From: an archaeon | GTDB taxonomy: Archaea; B1Sed10-29; WALL01; JAGHAM01 | Assembly (NCBI GenBank): GCA_021107635.1 | Contig: JAIOSL010000007.1 | Location: forward strand, 102,188 to 155,275 | DNA: 53,088 nucleotides | Direction: 5' to 3' | Shown here: positions 9,577 through 19,221 of the stretch, in pieces | How the letters are laid out: each line of letters begins with the position of its first letter | Numbering within the stretch: position 1 is the stretch's first letter | The notes under the pieces: model-generated | What the model was told of the DNA's origin: nothing | The model's input: only the letters and a program-made list of their open reading frames with translations | Database searches by the model: none | Translations under genes and position numbers: made by a program

Positions 9577-10164
9577 ATGACTGAAAATTCTTCAGTAGCA
9601 GAGCCAGCAGCATTTGGTTTACTTGGACTTGCAATAATAACATTGTTAGTAGGAATATACCAAATAGGTTTGATGGCTAATTGTGTCTTAATTCTCCCAT
9701 GGGCACTTGTGCTTGGAGGCGGCGCTCAGTTATTCGCAGGATTTATGGACTTCAAAAGAAAAAATATTTTTGGCGCTACTGCGTTCAGTGCTTATGGTGT
9801 TTTTTGGATTGCCATAGCTATAACATGGACCATTGAAATTTTAGCAACAAACGCTACGTTTGTGGAAGGACTTGCTTTCGATGGCACGACTATCGGTTGG
9901 GTCGCGCTTGGCTGGCTTATTTTTACATTGTACATGACTTACGGATCCATGTTCATAACAAAAGTTCTCGCAATCATTTTTGTGTTGATTGATTTAGTGT
10001 TTATTGCATTGTTTGTCCATGTCTTTGCGGGAGTGCCTTTGGTTGTTCCAGGAATAGCTCACTTACTGTTATCTGCAGTAGCTTTTTACGGTTCAGCGGC
10101 AGTAGTACTTAATAATCAGTTAGGCAAGACAGTGCTTCCTGTAGGAAAACCTTTTCTTAAGTAA
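9577..10164 (+). CDS. satP: GPR1/FUN34/YaaH (SatP) acetate/succinate channel
   Basis: AEPAAFGLLG signature, GGGAQL, FGATAFSAYGVFW; 6 TM. Confidence 0.88.
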   Translation: MTENSSVAEPAAFGLLGLAIITLLVGIYQIGLMANCVLILPWALVLGGGAQLFAGFMDFKRKNIFGATAFSAYGVFWIAIAITWTIEILATNATFVEGLAFDGTTIGWVALGWLIFTLYMTYGSMFITKVLAIIFVLIDLVFIALFVHVFAGVPLVVPGIAHLLLSAVAFYGSAAVVLNNQLGKTVLPVGKPFLK

Positions 10165-10233
10165 TGACAAGAACCCTTCCCATTTTTGTTAACCCTAACA
10201 CTTTTTATGTATGTTTTTTTATAATTAGTTTGT

Positions 10234-10902
10234 ATGCAGAAGCAATATCCTCAATTAAAATTTTTGAAGTATTTGCTTTATTTGTCTAGTTTGCCTTCAG
10301 ACAAGATAAGTTCTACAGCAACACTATCAAAAGAATTTGATGTTTCTCAACAGACAATTTCACGGGTTTTAAGAGAGATGGAAGATCTTTCTTTAATTAC
10401 TAGGACATTATCTTCTAGCGGGCAATCTTTGGTTTTAACTCAAAAGGGAAGAGATGTTCTTTTGGAGACTAAATCTTTGATTGATTCTGCTTTAGAAGAA
10501 AAGTTTGAAAAGGTTTCTATTAATGGCATAGTTTGTTCTGGTAGTGGAGAGGGTGCATATTATATGAGCCAGCGTGGCTACATGGATCAGTTTAAGAATA
10601 TTCTGAATTGTGTTCCGTTCCCTGGGACTCTTAATGTACTGCTTTCTCCTAGTGATGTCAAGAAAAAAGTGATAATCAGTGGGTTTGATCCTGTTTTCAT
10701 TAGCGGTTTTAGGACGCGTGAACGTGAGTTTGGTGTTTTGTTGTGCTATCCATGTCTTATTGGTGGGTCAGTGGATGGTTTTGTTATATTTCCTGAACGG
10801 GTTCATCATGAACCAAATATACTGGAAGTTATTTCAGATGCGAATTTGAAAGATACTCTTGCTCTTAAAGATGGAGATAAACTGAGGGTTGTCGTATGGT
10901 AA
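10234..10902 (+). CDS. ribK: CTP-dependent riboflavin kinase with N-terminal wHTH (RbkR-type)
   Basis: VSQQTISRVL HTH; SGSGEGAYY, PFPGTLN, PERVHH..LEVIS..LK..L.LKDGD. Confidence 0.92.
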   Translation: MQKQYPQLKFLKYLLYLSSLPSDKISSTATLSKEFDVSQQTISRVLREMEDLSLITRTLSSSGQSLVLTQKGRDVLLETKSLIDSALEEKFEKVSINGIVCSGSGEGAYYMSQRGYMDQFKNILNCVPFPGTLNVLLSPSDVKKKVIISGFDPVFISGFRTREREFGVLLCYPCLIGGSVDGFVIFPERVHHEPNILEVISDANLKDTLALKDGDKLRVVVW

Positions 10903-11549
10903 AAATAAATTTTAAACCAAATACTGATGAAATCGTGGTTGCTAGTTTGTTGAGTTCGATTTCTGCAGTTTTACAGATTGTTCATGTTGGTATTCCAACG
11001 CCAATAGGGATGTGGATTGATTTGGTTGCTGTTCCTTGGCTCATAGCATACTTTTTGAAGGGTTTTAAAACAGCGTTATTTACTGCGATTCTTTCTGCTG
11101 TTGTTATCGCTGTTGTAGCACCAACAGCATTCATTGGGTCTTTGATGAAATTTGCTGCTTCTTTACCTATGTTTCTTGTTCCTGCTTTAGTGCTTTTGTT
11201 TTACAAGAAAGATTTGAAAGACTTCCGTTTTGCTTCTTTGTTGTTAGTTCCTTCTCTTTTAGTTAGAATTGTTGTAGCTTTGGCATTGAATGTGTATGTG
11301 GCATTTCCTATGTGGACTGGAATGTCTTTTTCTGCTGCTGCTCCAATTCTACTCGTAAAAGTAGGCGAGTTTTTCGGTCTTTTAGGTTTGTCTTCGTTAG
11401 CTGCATCTTTTTATGGTTTGTCTTCTTGGGATGCTGTATTGATTTTGTTAGCCATTCTTACTTTTTTGAATATTATCCAAGGAATAGCAGAGTATTTCAT
11501 TGCTTGGAAGTTGTCTTTTAATAGTCAGTTGAGTAAAATCAAGTGGTAG
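10896..11549 (+). CDS. ECF transporter S component (riboflavin candidate)
   Basis: MWIDLVAVPWLIA, multiple TM; lies between ribK and ecfA/ecfT. Confidence 0.75.
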   Translation: MVKINFKPNTDEIVVASLLSSISAVLQIVHVGIPTPIGMWIDLVAVPWLIAYFLKGFKTALFTAILSAVVIAVVAPTAFIGSLMKFAASLPMFLVPALVLLFYKKDLKDFRFASLLLVPSLLVRIVVALALNVYVAFPMWTGMSFSAAAPILLVKVGEFFGLLGLSSLAASFYGLSSWDAVLILLAILTFLNIIQGIAEYFIAWKLSFNSQLSKIKW

Positions 11550-12385
11550 TGATGTTATCTCTCAAGGATGTTTCCTTTGTTTATACTGATTCTAATGTTA
11601 ATGCGTTGGAGGATGTTTCGTTAGATTTTTCTAAGGGTGAATTTATTGGTTTGATTGGTGGAACTGGACATGGTAAAACAACTCTTTTACTCTGTTTGAA
11701 TGGCTTGATTCCTCATTTTGTTAAGGGTACTTTTAGTGGTAGTGTTTTGGTTGATGGAGTAAATACTAGAGGTTCTTCTGTTTCTAGTCTTGCTCCTAAG
11801 GTTGGATTGGTTTTTCAGAATCCTGATGATCAGATTTTTTCTTTAGAGGTAAGAGATGAAGTAGGGTTTGGTCCAAGAAACTTGGGTTTTTCTGATAAAG
11901 AAGTAAGTGAGAAAGTTGAAGAAGCGTTATCTTTGGTTGGTATAACTCATTTAGCTGATTCTGATACAAGCAACTTATCTGCTGGTCAAAAACAGTTGGT
12001 GTGTATTGCTAGTGTTTTAGCTATGGAACCTGCTGTACTGGTTTTAGATGAGCCTACTGCAGAACTTGATTTTAAAAGTAGTGAAAAGGTTTATCATGTT
12101 TTGAATTCTTTGAGAGATCAGGGTACAACTGTTATTGTTGTAGAACACAAAATGAATTTTCTTTCTGAGTATGCTGATAGGATTATTGTTTTGAATAATG
12201 GTAGAGTGTTCATGGATGATACTCCTGATAAAGTCTTTTCTAGTGTAGATAAACTTTCTGAGCTTGGGATTTCTCCTCCGTCTGTTTATAAACTTAGGGA
12301 TGGTTTAAAAAAAGAAGGTGTTGTTTTTTCTTTTTCGAGTGTTGATGAAGCGATTAAACAACTCAGTGCGAGGCTCAATAAATGA
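11543..12385 (+). CDS. ecfA: ECF transporter ATPase
   Basis: GGTGHGKTT, VFQNPDDQIF, LSAGQKQ, LDEPT, VEH. Confidence 0.9.
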   Translation: MVVMLSLKDVSFVYTDSNVNALEDVSLDFSKGEFIGLIGGTGHGKTTLLLCLNGLIPHFVKGTFSGSVLVDGVNTRGSSVSSLAPKVGLVFQNPDDQIFSLEVRDEVGFGPRNLGFSDKEVSEKVEEALSLVGITHLADSDTSNLSAGQKQLVCIASVLAMEPAVLVLDEPTAELDFKSSEKVYHVLNSLRDQGTTVIVVEHKMNFLSEYADRIIVLNNGRVFMDDTPDKVFSSVDKLSELGISPPSVYKLRDGLKKEGVVFSFSSVDEAIKQLSARLNK

Positions 12386-13011
12386 TTCGTTATTGTCCTA
12401 GAAATTCTTTTGTTCATAGGGTGTCTCCTACTCTCAAGCTCTTTTTTTTGGTTGTTGTACTCTTACTTTCTGTTCTGTTTGTTAATTTATATCTACAAAT
12501 AGCACTGTTTTTAGTTGTTTTACTTGCTATTTTTGTTGCTCGTCTCCCTTTAAGAGAAGTAATCCGTTTTGCTTGGATTTTCTTTTTGTTGGCTCCAGTA
12601 ATGCTTTTGCTTCAAGGTTTGATTCATCCTGTTTATGATTATGTTGTTTTTGAGTTCATGGGAGTGAAAGCTTATCATGCTGGACTAATTTTTGGTTTGA
12701 GCATAGCTTTTCGGCTTTATACCCTTGGTTTTTTGACTCCGCTTATTGTTATGACTACACGGGTTTCTGATTTGGTTCATTCTTCAGGAAAGTTTTTACC
12801 TCACTTTTTTGTGTTTGGGCTTGCGATAACTTTCAGGTTTATCCCGATTTTTGAGGAAGAATTGGTTCGCATTCAAATGTCTAAAGAGGCTAGGGCAACT
12901 AAGAAAAGTGTTTCTTCTATTTTTTCTCTTTTAGTTCCTTTGTTTTGTAATGCGTTGAAAAAATCTAGGACTATGTCTTATAGCATTGAAAGCAGAGGGT
13001 TTAAGGCGTGA
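12382..13011 (+). CDS. ecfT: ECF transporter T component
   Basis: S.VHR.SP.LKL, FRFIP, EARA and ESRGF X-Arg-X motifs. Confidence 0.88.
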   Translation: MIRYCPRNSFVHRVSPTLKLFFLVVVLLLSVLFVNLYLQIALFLVVLLAIFVARLPLREVIRFAWIFFLLAPVMLLLQGLIHPVYDYVVFEFMGVKAYHAGLIFGLSIAFRLYTLGFLTPLIVMTTRVSDLVHSSGKFLPHFFVFGLAITFRFIPIFEEELVRIQMSKEARATKKSVSSIFSLLVPLFCNALKKSRTMSYSIESRGFKA

Positions 13012-13402
13012 GATAACGTTCTGCGTTTCTTAGAATCTCTGCATCATTTTTGAATGTTAACTGTTTTTTCGCGTTGTTGTATTCTAACCATCTACATCCA
13101 ATATGTTCAAAGGAAAGTTCTACTTGATCACTTTTTGCTTTTGCTAGAAAGAATTCCACTTTTTTGTTTACTGTTTCTTTTCTTCTGTGAAAACAGTAAT
13201 TTATTTCATGTTTGAATTCTGGCATGAATTCGACATGTAGTCCTGTTTCTTCAAGTATTTCTCTTCGAGCAGTTTCTTGAAGGTTTTCACCTGGTTCTAT
13301 TTTGCCTTTCGGAAAACTCCAGTGCCCTCCTTCATATTGTAAAATAAGGTACTTGCGAGGGTTCTCTATGAAAACTACAGCGCCTGCTGAGTGTTCTTTC
13401 AT
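13001..13402 (-). CDS. Nudix hydrolase, bis(5'-nucleosyl)-tetraphosphatase (Ap4A) type
   Basis: HWSFPKGKIEPGE...TARREILEETG Nudix box, LSFEH, LTF. Confidence 0.88.
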   Translation of the reverse strand: MKEHSAGAVVFIENPRKYLILQYEGGHWSFPKGKIEPGENLQETARREILEETGLHVEFMPEFKHEINYCFHRRKETVNKKVEFFLAKAKSDQVELSFEHIGCRWLEYNNAKKQLTFKNDAEILRNAERYLTP

Positions 13403-13407
13403 TTGGA

Positions 13408-14163
13408 TTACCTTTTTGTATCGCTGAATCCAAACACTTGTTGTTCTGGGTAGACTACAACACCTTTGTCTGTTATTTGCATGGCAGCAATCTTTTTCTG
13501 ATGTTTTGTGCCTCTTAGTTTGAGTACTTCTATTGCACTTTCTCTGACATCTCCTTTTCTAATGTTATATAGGACAAACACTCCATCTGCCATGAATTCT
13601 TCGAAGGTGGTTTTGCTTTCTATGAGTGGGTCTTTTTCTACTATTAGTAGACTCAATGCTTCAGATTTTTCGAGTAATCTGAATATTTCTTCTAGATAAA
13701 CTCTATATTCTGAGAGGTTGTTTGAGAAGAAAGAGGACACTGCAGTAAGAGAATCCATTATTATTATGTCTGGATTAAGGTCTTTTGGAATAAAATCTCC
13801 TTCTTTTATGAGTGCATCTGGAGAGGAAATTACTTCAACACCTTTTCTTTTTCCAACAGAATATTTTAATGATTGCCAGACGGTTGTAATATCCATTCTT
13901 TTGATGAATATGTTAGGCTTTAGTTCGTCTGTTCCGCCGCACATTTTCATGTGTTCTAATAGTTTTTTTTCTGATTCTTCAAAACTAAGATACAAACATT
14001 TTTTGCCTTCTCGAGCAAAATTTGCACAGGTTTGCAGGCAAAAGAGTGTTTTGCCGCTTCCTGGCCCTCCTTTGACTACGACCGCAGAACCTTTTGGGAT
14101 TCCTTTTTCTATCAATCCATCAAAGCCAGGTATGCCTGTTTTTACTCTTTCAACGTCATCCAT
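13408..14163 (-). CDS. Single-domain KaiC-like RecA-family ATPase
   Basis: TGIPGFD, GGPGSGKT, SFEES, IIMDS, EVLKLRGT; ATG at 14163 has a GGTGA SD. Confidence 0.88.
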   Translation of the reverse strand: MDDVERVKTGIPGFDGLIEKGIPKGSAVVVKGGPGSGKTLFCLQTCANFAREGKKCLYLSFEESEKKLLEHMKMCGGTDELKPNIFIKRMDITTVWQSLKYSVGKRKGVEVISSPDALIKEGDFIPKDLNPDIIIMDSLTAVSSFFSNNLSEYRVYLEEIFRLLEKSEALSLLIVEKDPLIESKTTFEEFMADGVFVLYNIRKGDVRESAIEVLKLRGTKHQKKIAAMQITDKGVVVYPEQQVFGFSDTKR

Positions 14164-14248
14164 GAATTCACCGTTTAGACTTATCAATGTATCTTATATA
14201 ATGCTTTCTTCGGAAAAGCATTTAAACTTTGTATTCGTTTTAATATTC

Positions 14249-14995
14249 ATGTATATCCTACTTGGAGGGATAAAACCTTTGGTTGGAGAGGTGCTAGGCA
14301 AGAAAGCAACTCGATTGTATCTAGGTGGATGTAACTGGAAGTGTGGTTATTGTTATGTTCCAGAAGTGCTAGATGAAAAGAAATGCCAGCGAGTTAATTT
14401 GAACGAGTGTGTATATCTGCTTCAACAGATAAAGAGCATGGAGGCAGTTGAAATTACTGGAGGCGAACCAACCAAACAAGCAAGAGAGCTTGAAACTCTT
14501 TGTAGAGCATGTAAACAAGAAGGATGGTTAGTGAAAGTCCATTCTAATGGTTCAAACCCCGGAGTAATAGCTAATCTTGTCACAGAAAATTTAGTGGACG
14601 TGCTTGCTCTTGACGTAAAGGCTCCATTAAAAGACGAAAAAATGTATTCTCATATCACTGGATGTAAACCAGATCCTCAAAAAGTCAGAGAATCTCTTGG
14701 ACTTGCTCATTTAAGTTCTTTCAATGGTTTGTTTGAAGTAATTGTGCCGGTTTTGCCTGGGATTACTGATAATGAAGAAACCATACGGAAAATCTGTAAG
14801 GATGTGTCCTATTGTGATTCACTTGTGCTAAGAGGTTTTGATCCTGCACACGACTTGCTTAATGAAAAATTAAAAGAAGAGGAAGCACCTTCTCATGATA
14901 CCCTGCTTAAGCTTGCGAAAGTAGCTAGGGATGCACTTTATAATGTTAATACTATAATGGTTGAGAGTGCTGAGAAAGGTATAGAAACAATTTAA
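14249..14995 (+). CDS. Radical SAM protein, glycyl-radical activase (NrdG/PflA)-like
   Basis: GCNWKCGYC, ITGGEPT, HSNGS, DVKAP; the upstream part of track ORF 13718.. is antisense to the KaiC-like gene. Confidence 0.82.
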   Translation: MYILLGGIKPLVGEVLGKKATRLYLGGCNWKCGYCYVPEVLDEKKCQRVNLNECVYLLQQIKSMEAVEITGGEPTKQARELETLCRACKQEGWLVKVHSNGSNPGVIANLVTENLVDVLALDVKAPLKDEKMYSHITGCKPDPQKVRESLGLAHLSSFNGLFEVIVPVLPGITDNEETIRKICKDVSYCDSLVLRGFDPAHDLLNEKLKEEEAPSHDTLLKLAKVARDALYNVNTIMVESAEKGIETI

Positions 14996-16128
14996 TCTTT
15001 TTTCATGTGTATGTCTCTTTGTGGATACGGAATCTCAATACCTTCTTTATCATACGCTTTTTTCAAGCTTTTTATGAATTCATGTGTCATTGGGAATTTG
15101 TTTTTTCTTTCCATGCATGCTAAGCCAACACTGAAGTTGATTGATGAATCTCCAAATTCTTTATAACGAAGGTATGGTTCGCTTTTAGAGCTGCCTCCTT
15201 CAACTTTCTTTTGGACTTCTTTAGCAATTTTAATTGTCAACTTTTCAACTTTGTCCAAATCGCTGTCATAGCTTACGCCAACAGGAATCCAAAAAGAGAT
15301 GTCCGGTTTTGGTTTTTCATAGTTTATTATAATGCTATCTGCAAGAGTACTGTTCGGAATAATCATCAAGTTATTATCTATCGTGCGAATCTTAGTGTTT
15401 CTCCATCCGATTTCTTCCACGTAGCCTCGTTGTTCTTTAGAAAGTTTGATGTAATCTCCTACTCGCACTGGTTGGTCAGAAGCCAGATAGAATCCAGCGA
15501 AAAAGTTTGATAGCGTGTCTTGTGCAGCAAAAGCAATCGCAATACCTCCAATTCCAAGTCCTGCAATCATCGGAGTAATATCTATTTTCAAGTAGCTGAG
15601 TATGATTAAACCTGCTACCAAGTAAAGAACAAAAATAATGATATTTTTAGAAAATTTGAAAATGGTCTGCCTGCGCTTTTTAGACCCTTTCAATATATCA
15701 CTCAAGTACCACTCAAAAATCGCGCTTATTACTTTATTTACTGAATAAGCAGTAATGAGTATACCAATAATCACAAAAAAGGTGTTAGTTATTTCACTTA
15801 AAGTGATAGCGGTTGAAATCTCTTTAACAACCTCAACTCCATTTTCTACAGTTGTTATCTGTTGAACTGTTTCATAGATTATTCTATTCCCAATATCTGG
15901 ATTCAAATCAATGTACAAGTATTGAATTGCCAAGTAAAGTCCAATAAACACAAAAATTATTCTAATAGGTCTGCTAAGATTGTTTATTACTCTATCATCT
16001 AAGGTGCTTTTAGTCTTATGCGTGAGCTTTTTTAGAGTTTGCAAGAGCCATATTGCTACGTAAGAAAGCGCATAAGCGATTACAATAAACAAAGGAAGTA
16101 TAAGGTATTCCCATAATTCAACTGCCAT
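14992..16128 (-). CDS. mscS: Small-conductance mechanosensitive channel
   Basis: GLGIGGIAIAFAAQDTLSNFFAG, GWRNTKIRT, IPNS, GIEIPYPQR. Confidence 0.92.
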   Translation of the reverse strand: MAVELWEYLILPLFIVIAYALSYVAIWLLQTLKKLTHKTKSTLDDRVINNLSRPIRIIFVFIGLYLAIQYLYIDLNPDIGNRIIYETVQQITTVENGVEVVKEISTAITLSEITNTFFVIIGILITAYSVNKVISAIFEWYLSDILKGSKKRRQTIFKFSKNIIIFVLYLVAGLIILSYLKIDITPMIAGLGIGGIAIAFAAQDTLSNFFAGFYLASDQPVRVGDYIKLSKEQRGYVEEIGWRNTKIRTIDNNLMIIPNSTLADSIIINYEKPKPDISFWIPVGVSYDSDLDKVEKLTIKIAKEVQKKVEGGSSKSEPYLRYKEFGDSSINFSVGLACMERKNKFPMTHEFIKSLKKAYDKEGIEIPYPQRDIHMKKD

Positions 16129-16204
16129 GGCTATTTTTCTTCGTGCTTCATTTAAAAAGCTTTTGATAGCTATTTAAAAGCTTGAACATCAAAACTTTAA
16201 CCTA

Positions 16205-16624
16205 ATGGACTATGAATTCTTTGAGCATGAAGCAGATCAAGGAATACGTTGTTATGGCGAGACTACAGAAAAAGCATTTGAGAATGGCGCGAAAGCTCTT
16301 TTCGAAATAATGTGCGATACTACTAAAGTAGAGCCCATCACTCAATTAGCCCTATCTGCTAAAGCAAAAGATTTGGATTTACTGTTTATAGAATGGCTTA
16401 ATGAGCTGCTTTCCCAAAAAGATATTGAAATGATGTTCTTCTCAGAATTTAAGGTAACCATATCAAAAAATGAAGAATATCTTCTTGAAGCTATTGTATC
16501 TGGCGAACCAATGGACGTTGAAAAGCATGGTGCAAAACTTGAAGCAAAAGCTGCAACTTATACTGCATTGAAAAGCGGAGAAAAAGATGGAAAAAAGTTT
16601 TTTCAGTGCATAGTGGATGTTTAA
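16205..16624 (+). CDS. Archease
   Basis: YEFFEHEAD, WLNELL, EAKAATY, C-terminal IVDV; directly upstream of rtcB. Confidence 0.92.
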   Translation: MDYEFFEHEADQGIRCYGETTEKAFENGAKALFEIMCDTTKVEPITQLALSAKAKDLDLLFIEWLNELLSQKDIEMMFFSEFKVTISKNEEYLLEAIVSGEPMDVEKHGAKLEAKAATYTALKSGEKDGKKFFQCIVDV

Positions 16625-16634
16625 AGGTGTTAAA

Positions 16635-18065
16635 ATGGAAATGAAAGAGACTAGACAGCATGTCTGGGAAATAACAATGAAAGAACCAATGCGAGTTCCA
16701 GGAAGAATTTATGCAGATGAACCCATAATGAACCACTTGAAATCAGAGCTTGCAACAGAATGGAGTGCTTTGAGACAAATTGTTAATGTTGCTGCACTTC
16801 CAGGCATACAAGATGCATCCATTGCAATGAGCGATGTGCATCCTGGCTATGGTTTTCCCATAGGTGGAGTAGGTGCATTTGATGCAGAAGAAGGAGTCAT
16901 AACAATGGCTGGCATAGGTTTTGATATTAACTGTGGAGTGCGCAACCTGAAAACATCTCTCACTAAAGATGAATTAGAGCCAAAGAAAGAAGAGTTGGCC
17001 AATGAACTCTTCAAATCGATTCCCGCTGGCCTTGGAGTGACAGGCGAACTCAGGCTAGACGAAAAGAAAATAGATGAAGTGCTTGTCAAGGGCTCGGAGT
17101 ACGTTATCGATGAAGGCTATGGCATTCAAGAAGACCTTGAATATACTGAGGAAAACGGGAGGGTAGAAGGAGCAGATCCCTCAAAAGTTTCACACAAAGC
17201 CAAGCAGAGACAATATAAGCAAGTAGGCACGCTCGGCTCAGGCAACCATTACCTTGAAGTCCAGTATGTAGATGAGATATTCAACGAAAAAGCTGCCAAA
17301 GCGTACGGCTTGTTCCAAGACCAAATCATAGTCTCTATTCACTGTGGTTCGCGTGCACTTGGCCATCAGATTGGAACAGACTACCTAAAATTCTTGGAAG
17401 AAGCAACCAAGAAATATGGAATTCAAATAGCTGATCGAGAACTAGTCTGCGCGCCTTTCCAGTCTCCTGAAGGACAGCAGTACTTCTCAGCGGTGAAAGC
17501 TGGAATGAACTGTGCGTTTGCGAATAGGCAGGTGCTTGCTCACCTTACCCGTAACGTGTTTTCCACGGTACTTGGCTTGAAGTACAGTGAAATTCCAATG
17601 TTCTATGACATTGCTCACAACACATGCAAGCTGGAAGAGCATAAAGGTAAAAAGCTAGTCGTGCACCGCAAAGGTTCAACAAGAGCGTTTGGACCTGGCC
17701 GAAAAGAAATTCCCAAAGCTTATCGGCAAGTTGGCCAACCTGTTCTTGTGGGCGGTACCATGGGTACATCATCATACATTTTGCATGGTACAAAAGCTGG
17801 AATGGAAGAGACTTTCGGTAGTGCATGTCATGGTGCAGGAAGAGCAATGTCTCGTACCAAAGCCAAAAAAAAGTGGTGTGGCGAAAGCATTCTTCAGCAG
17901 TTATCAAAAAAAGGAATCATAATCAAAGGCCATTCAAGAGCTGGCTTAGCAGAAGAAGCTCCTGGTGCATACAAAGATGTGGATGAAGTAATAAACATAA
18001 TGCATTTAACTGGGATTGCAGAGAAAGTAGTTAAAGTTAAACCGTTAGTTTGTATTAAAGGGTGA
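16635..18065 (+). CDS. rtcB: tRNA-splicing ligase RtcB
   Basis: DVHPGYGFPIG, DINCG, GSGNHYLE, HCGSR, AHN, HGAGR, EEAPGAYK; no intein. Start is 16635 (SD GGTG) or 16617. Confidence 0.96.
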   Translation: MEMKETRQHVWEITMKEPMRVPGRIYADEPIMNHLKSELATEWSALRQIVNVAALPGIQDASIAMSDVHPGYGFPIGGVGAFDAEEGVITMAGIGFDINCGVRNLKTSLTKDELEPKKEELANELFKSIPAGLGVTGELRLDEKKIDEVLVKGSEYVIDEGYGIQEDLEYTEENGRVEGADPSKVSHKAKQRQYKQVGTLGSGNHYLEVQYVDEIFNEKAAKAYGLFQDQIIVSIHCGSRALGHQIGTDYLKFLEEATKKYGIQIADRELVCAPFQSPEGQQYFSAVKAGMNCAFANRQVLAHLTRNVFSTVLGLKYSEIPMFYDIAHNTCKLEEHKGKKLVVHRKGSTRAFGPGRKEIPKAYRQVGQPVLVGGTMGTSSYILHGTKAGMEETFGSACHGAGRAMSRTKAKKKWCGESILQQLSKKGIIIKGHSRAGLAEEAPGAYKDVDEVINIMHLTGIAEKVVKVKPLVCIKG

Positions 18066-18070
18066 TTTAA

Positions 18071-18976
18071 ATGAAAAAAGGAGAAAAAAAGTTTTTTTTA
18101 GGTTTAGTAGTAGTTGCACTCTTATTCCTTTTCTTGTTGGTTCTAGTGCTAGTCTTCTCTCTTGAAATTCCTATTCTTGGAGGAGCAGTAGGTGTTGTTC
18201 CAGTAAAAGGAGAGATGTACACGGAATCTACTAGTTCTATAGTAGGAAGTTCTTTTGGAGTAAGAGAAACAATCAAACAATTAAAAAACGCAGATGAAAA
18301 TCCATCTGTTTCAGCAATCCTTTTAGATATTAATTCTCCTGGCGGTTCAGTAGTAGCAGGACAAGAACTTGCACGCGCAATAAAAAAGACTAAAAAGCCA
18401 GTGGTTGCATACATTGGTGAACTTGGTGCATCTTCTGCATACCTTACTGCTTCTGCAGCTGATGAGATTGTTGCAGATCCTCATTCTTTGACTGGAAGTA
18501 TTGGATCAGTAATAATGATTACTAACTATGCAGAACTTCTTGAAAAGATTGGAGTTAACATTACAACCATAAGTGGAGGGGACAACAAAGCAATGCTCAG
18601 TCCTTATGAAGAAATTGATCCAGCACATAAAGCAATGATGCAAGAGATAATAGATGATGCTTACTTAGATTTTAAAAGTCAAGTTCTAGACAATAGAAGA
18701 GGCAAGACATCAGAAGAACAGCTTGATTTAGTAGCAGATGGAAGAATTCTAAGTGGAAACCAAGCGTTAGAGGCTGGATTGATTGATCATGTCGGTTCAC
18801 GAGATTTGGCTTTAGAGAGAGTAGCAGCGCTTGGAGGTATTGAAGGAGAACCAGTAGAAATTCTTTATACTCCATCCAGAAGCCCGTTTGCAGGTATTTT
18901 CAGTGAAATAGGTTTTCAGTTGGGAAGCGGGTTTTTATCCGGTCTTAAATCAGATGGGGTGGAGTTGAAGTCTTAA
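18071..18976 (+). CDS. sppA: Signal peptide peptidase SppA (S49)
   Basis: N-terminal TM, INSPGGS, ASSAY, TGSIG, ADGRILSG.QA. Confidence 0.92.
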   Translation: MKKGEKKFFLGLVVVALLFLFLLVLVLVFSLEIPILGGAVGVVPVKGEMYTESTSSIVGSSFGVRETIKQLKNADENPSVSAILLDINSPGGSVVAGQELARAIKKTKKPVVAYIGELGASSAYLTASAADEIVADPHSLTGSIGSVIMITNYAELLEKIGVNITTISGGDNKAMLSPYEEIDPAHKAMMQEIIDDAYLDFKSQVLDNRRGKTSEEQLDLVADGRILSGNQALEAGLIDHVGSRDLALERVAALGGIEGEPVEILYTPSRSPFAGIFSEIGFQLGSGFLSGLKSDGVELKS

Positions 18977-19221
18977 TGGACGATAAACAAAAAAAGAAAG
19001 TGTTAACAGGCTTCCTTTTGGGTTTCTGTTCAACCATCGGTTTGATGGTTCTGTTCATGTTATTCGCTAGCATTTCTGGTTTGGCTTTCTCAATGGGTTT
19101 TCCAGCAATGCTAATAGAAGCAGAACAGTCATCGAACGGCACGATGGTTCACCTGTCTTGGCTTCTTCCTTTTTTCATTGGAGTGTTGTTTTCTGTTGGA
19201 GAACTCTTAAGAATGATTTAA
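18976..19221 (+). CDS. Small membrane protein
   Basis: Hydrophobic 81 aa; TAATG coupling to sppA. Confidence 0.6.
   Translation: MDDKQKKKVLTGFLLGFCSTIGLMVLFMLFASISGLAFSMGFPAMLIEAEQSSNGTMVHLSWLLPFFIGVLFSVGELLRMI

Noticed and set aside
13718-14248. N-terminal 177 aa of the 425-aa track ORF as a radical SAM fusion
   Set aside because: It is the antisense shadow of the KaiC-like gene plus the spacer; the true start is the ATG at 14249.
16635-18065. Intein in RtcB, or the archease-rtcB pair as a novel system
   Set aside because: Normal length with continuous motifs; the archease-RtcB partnership is well established.
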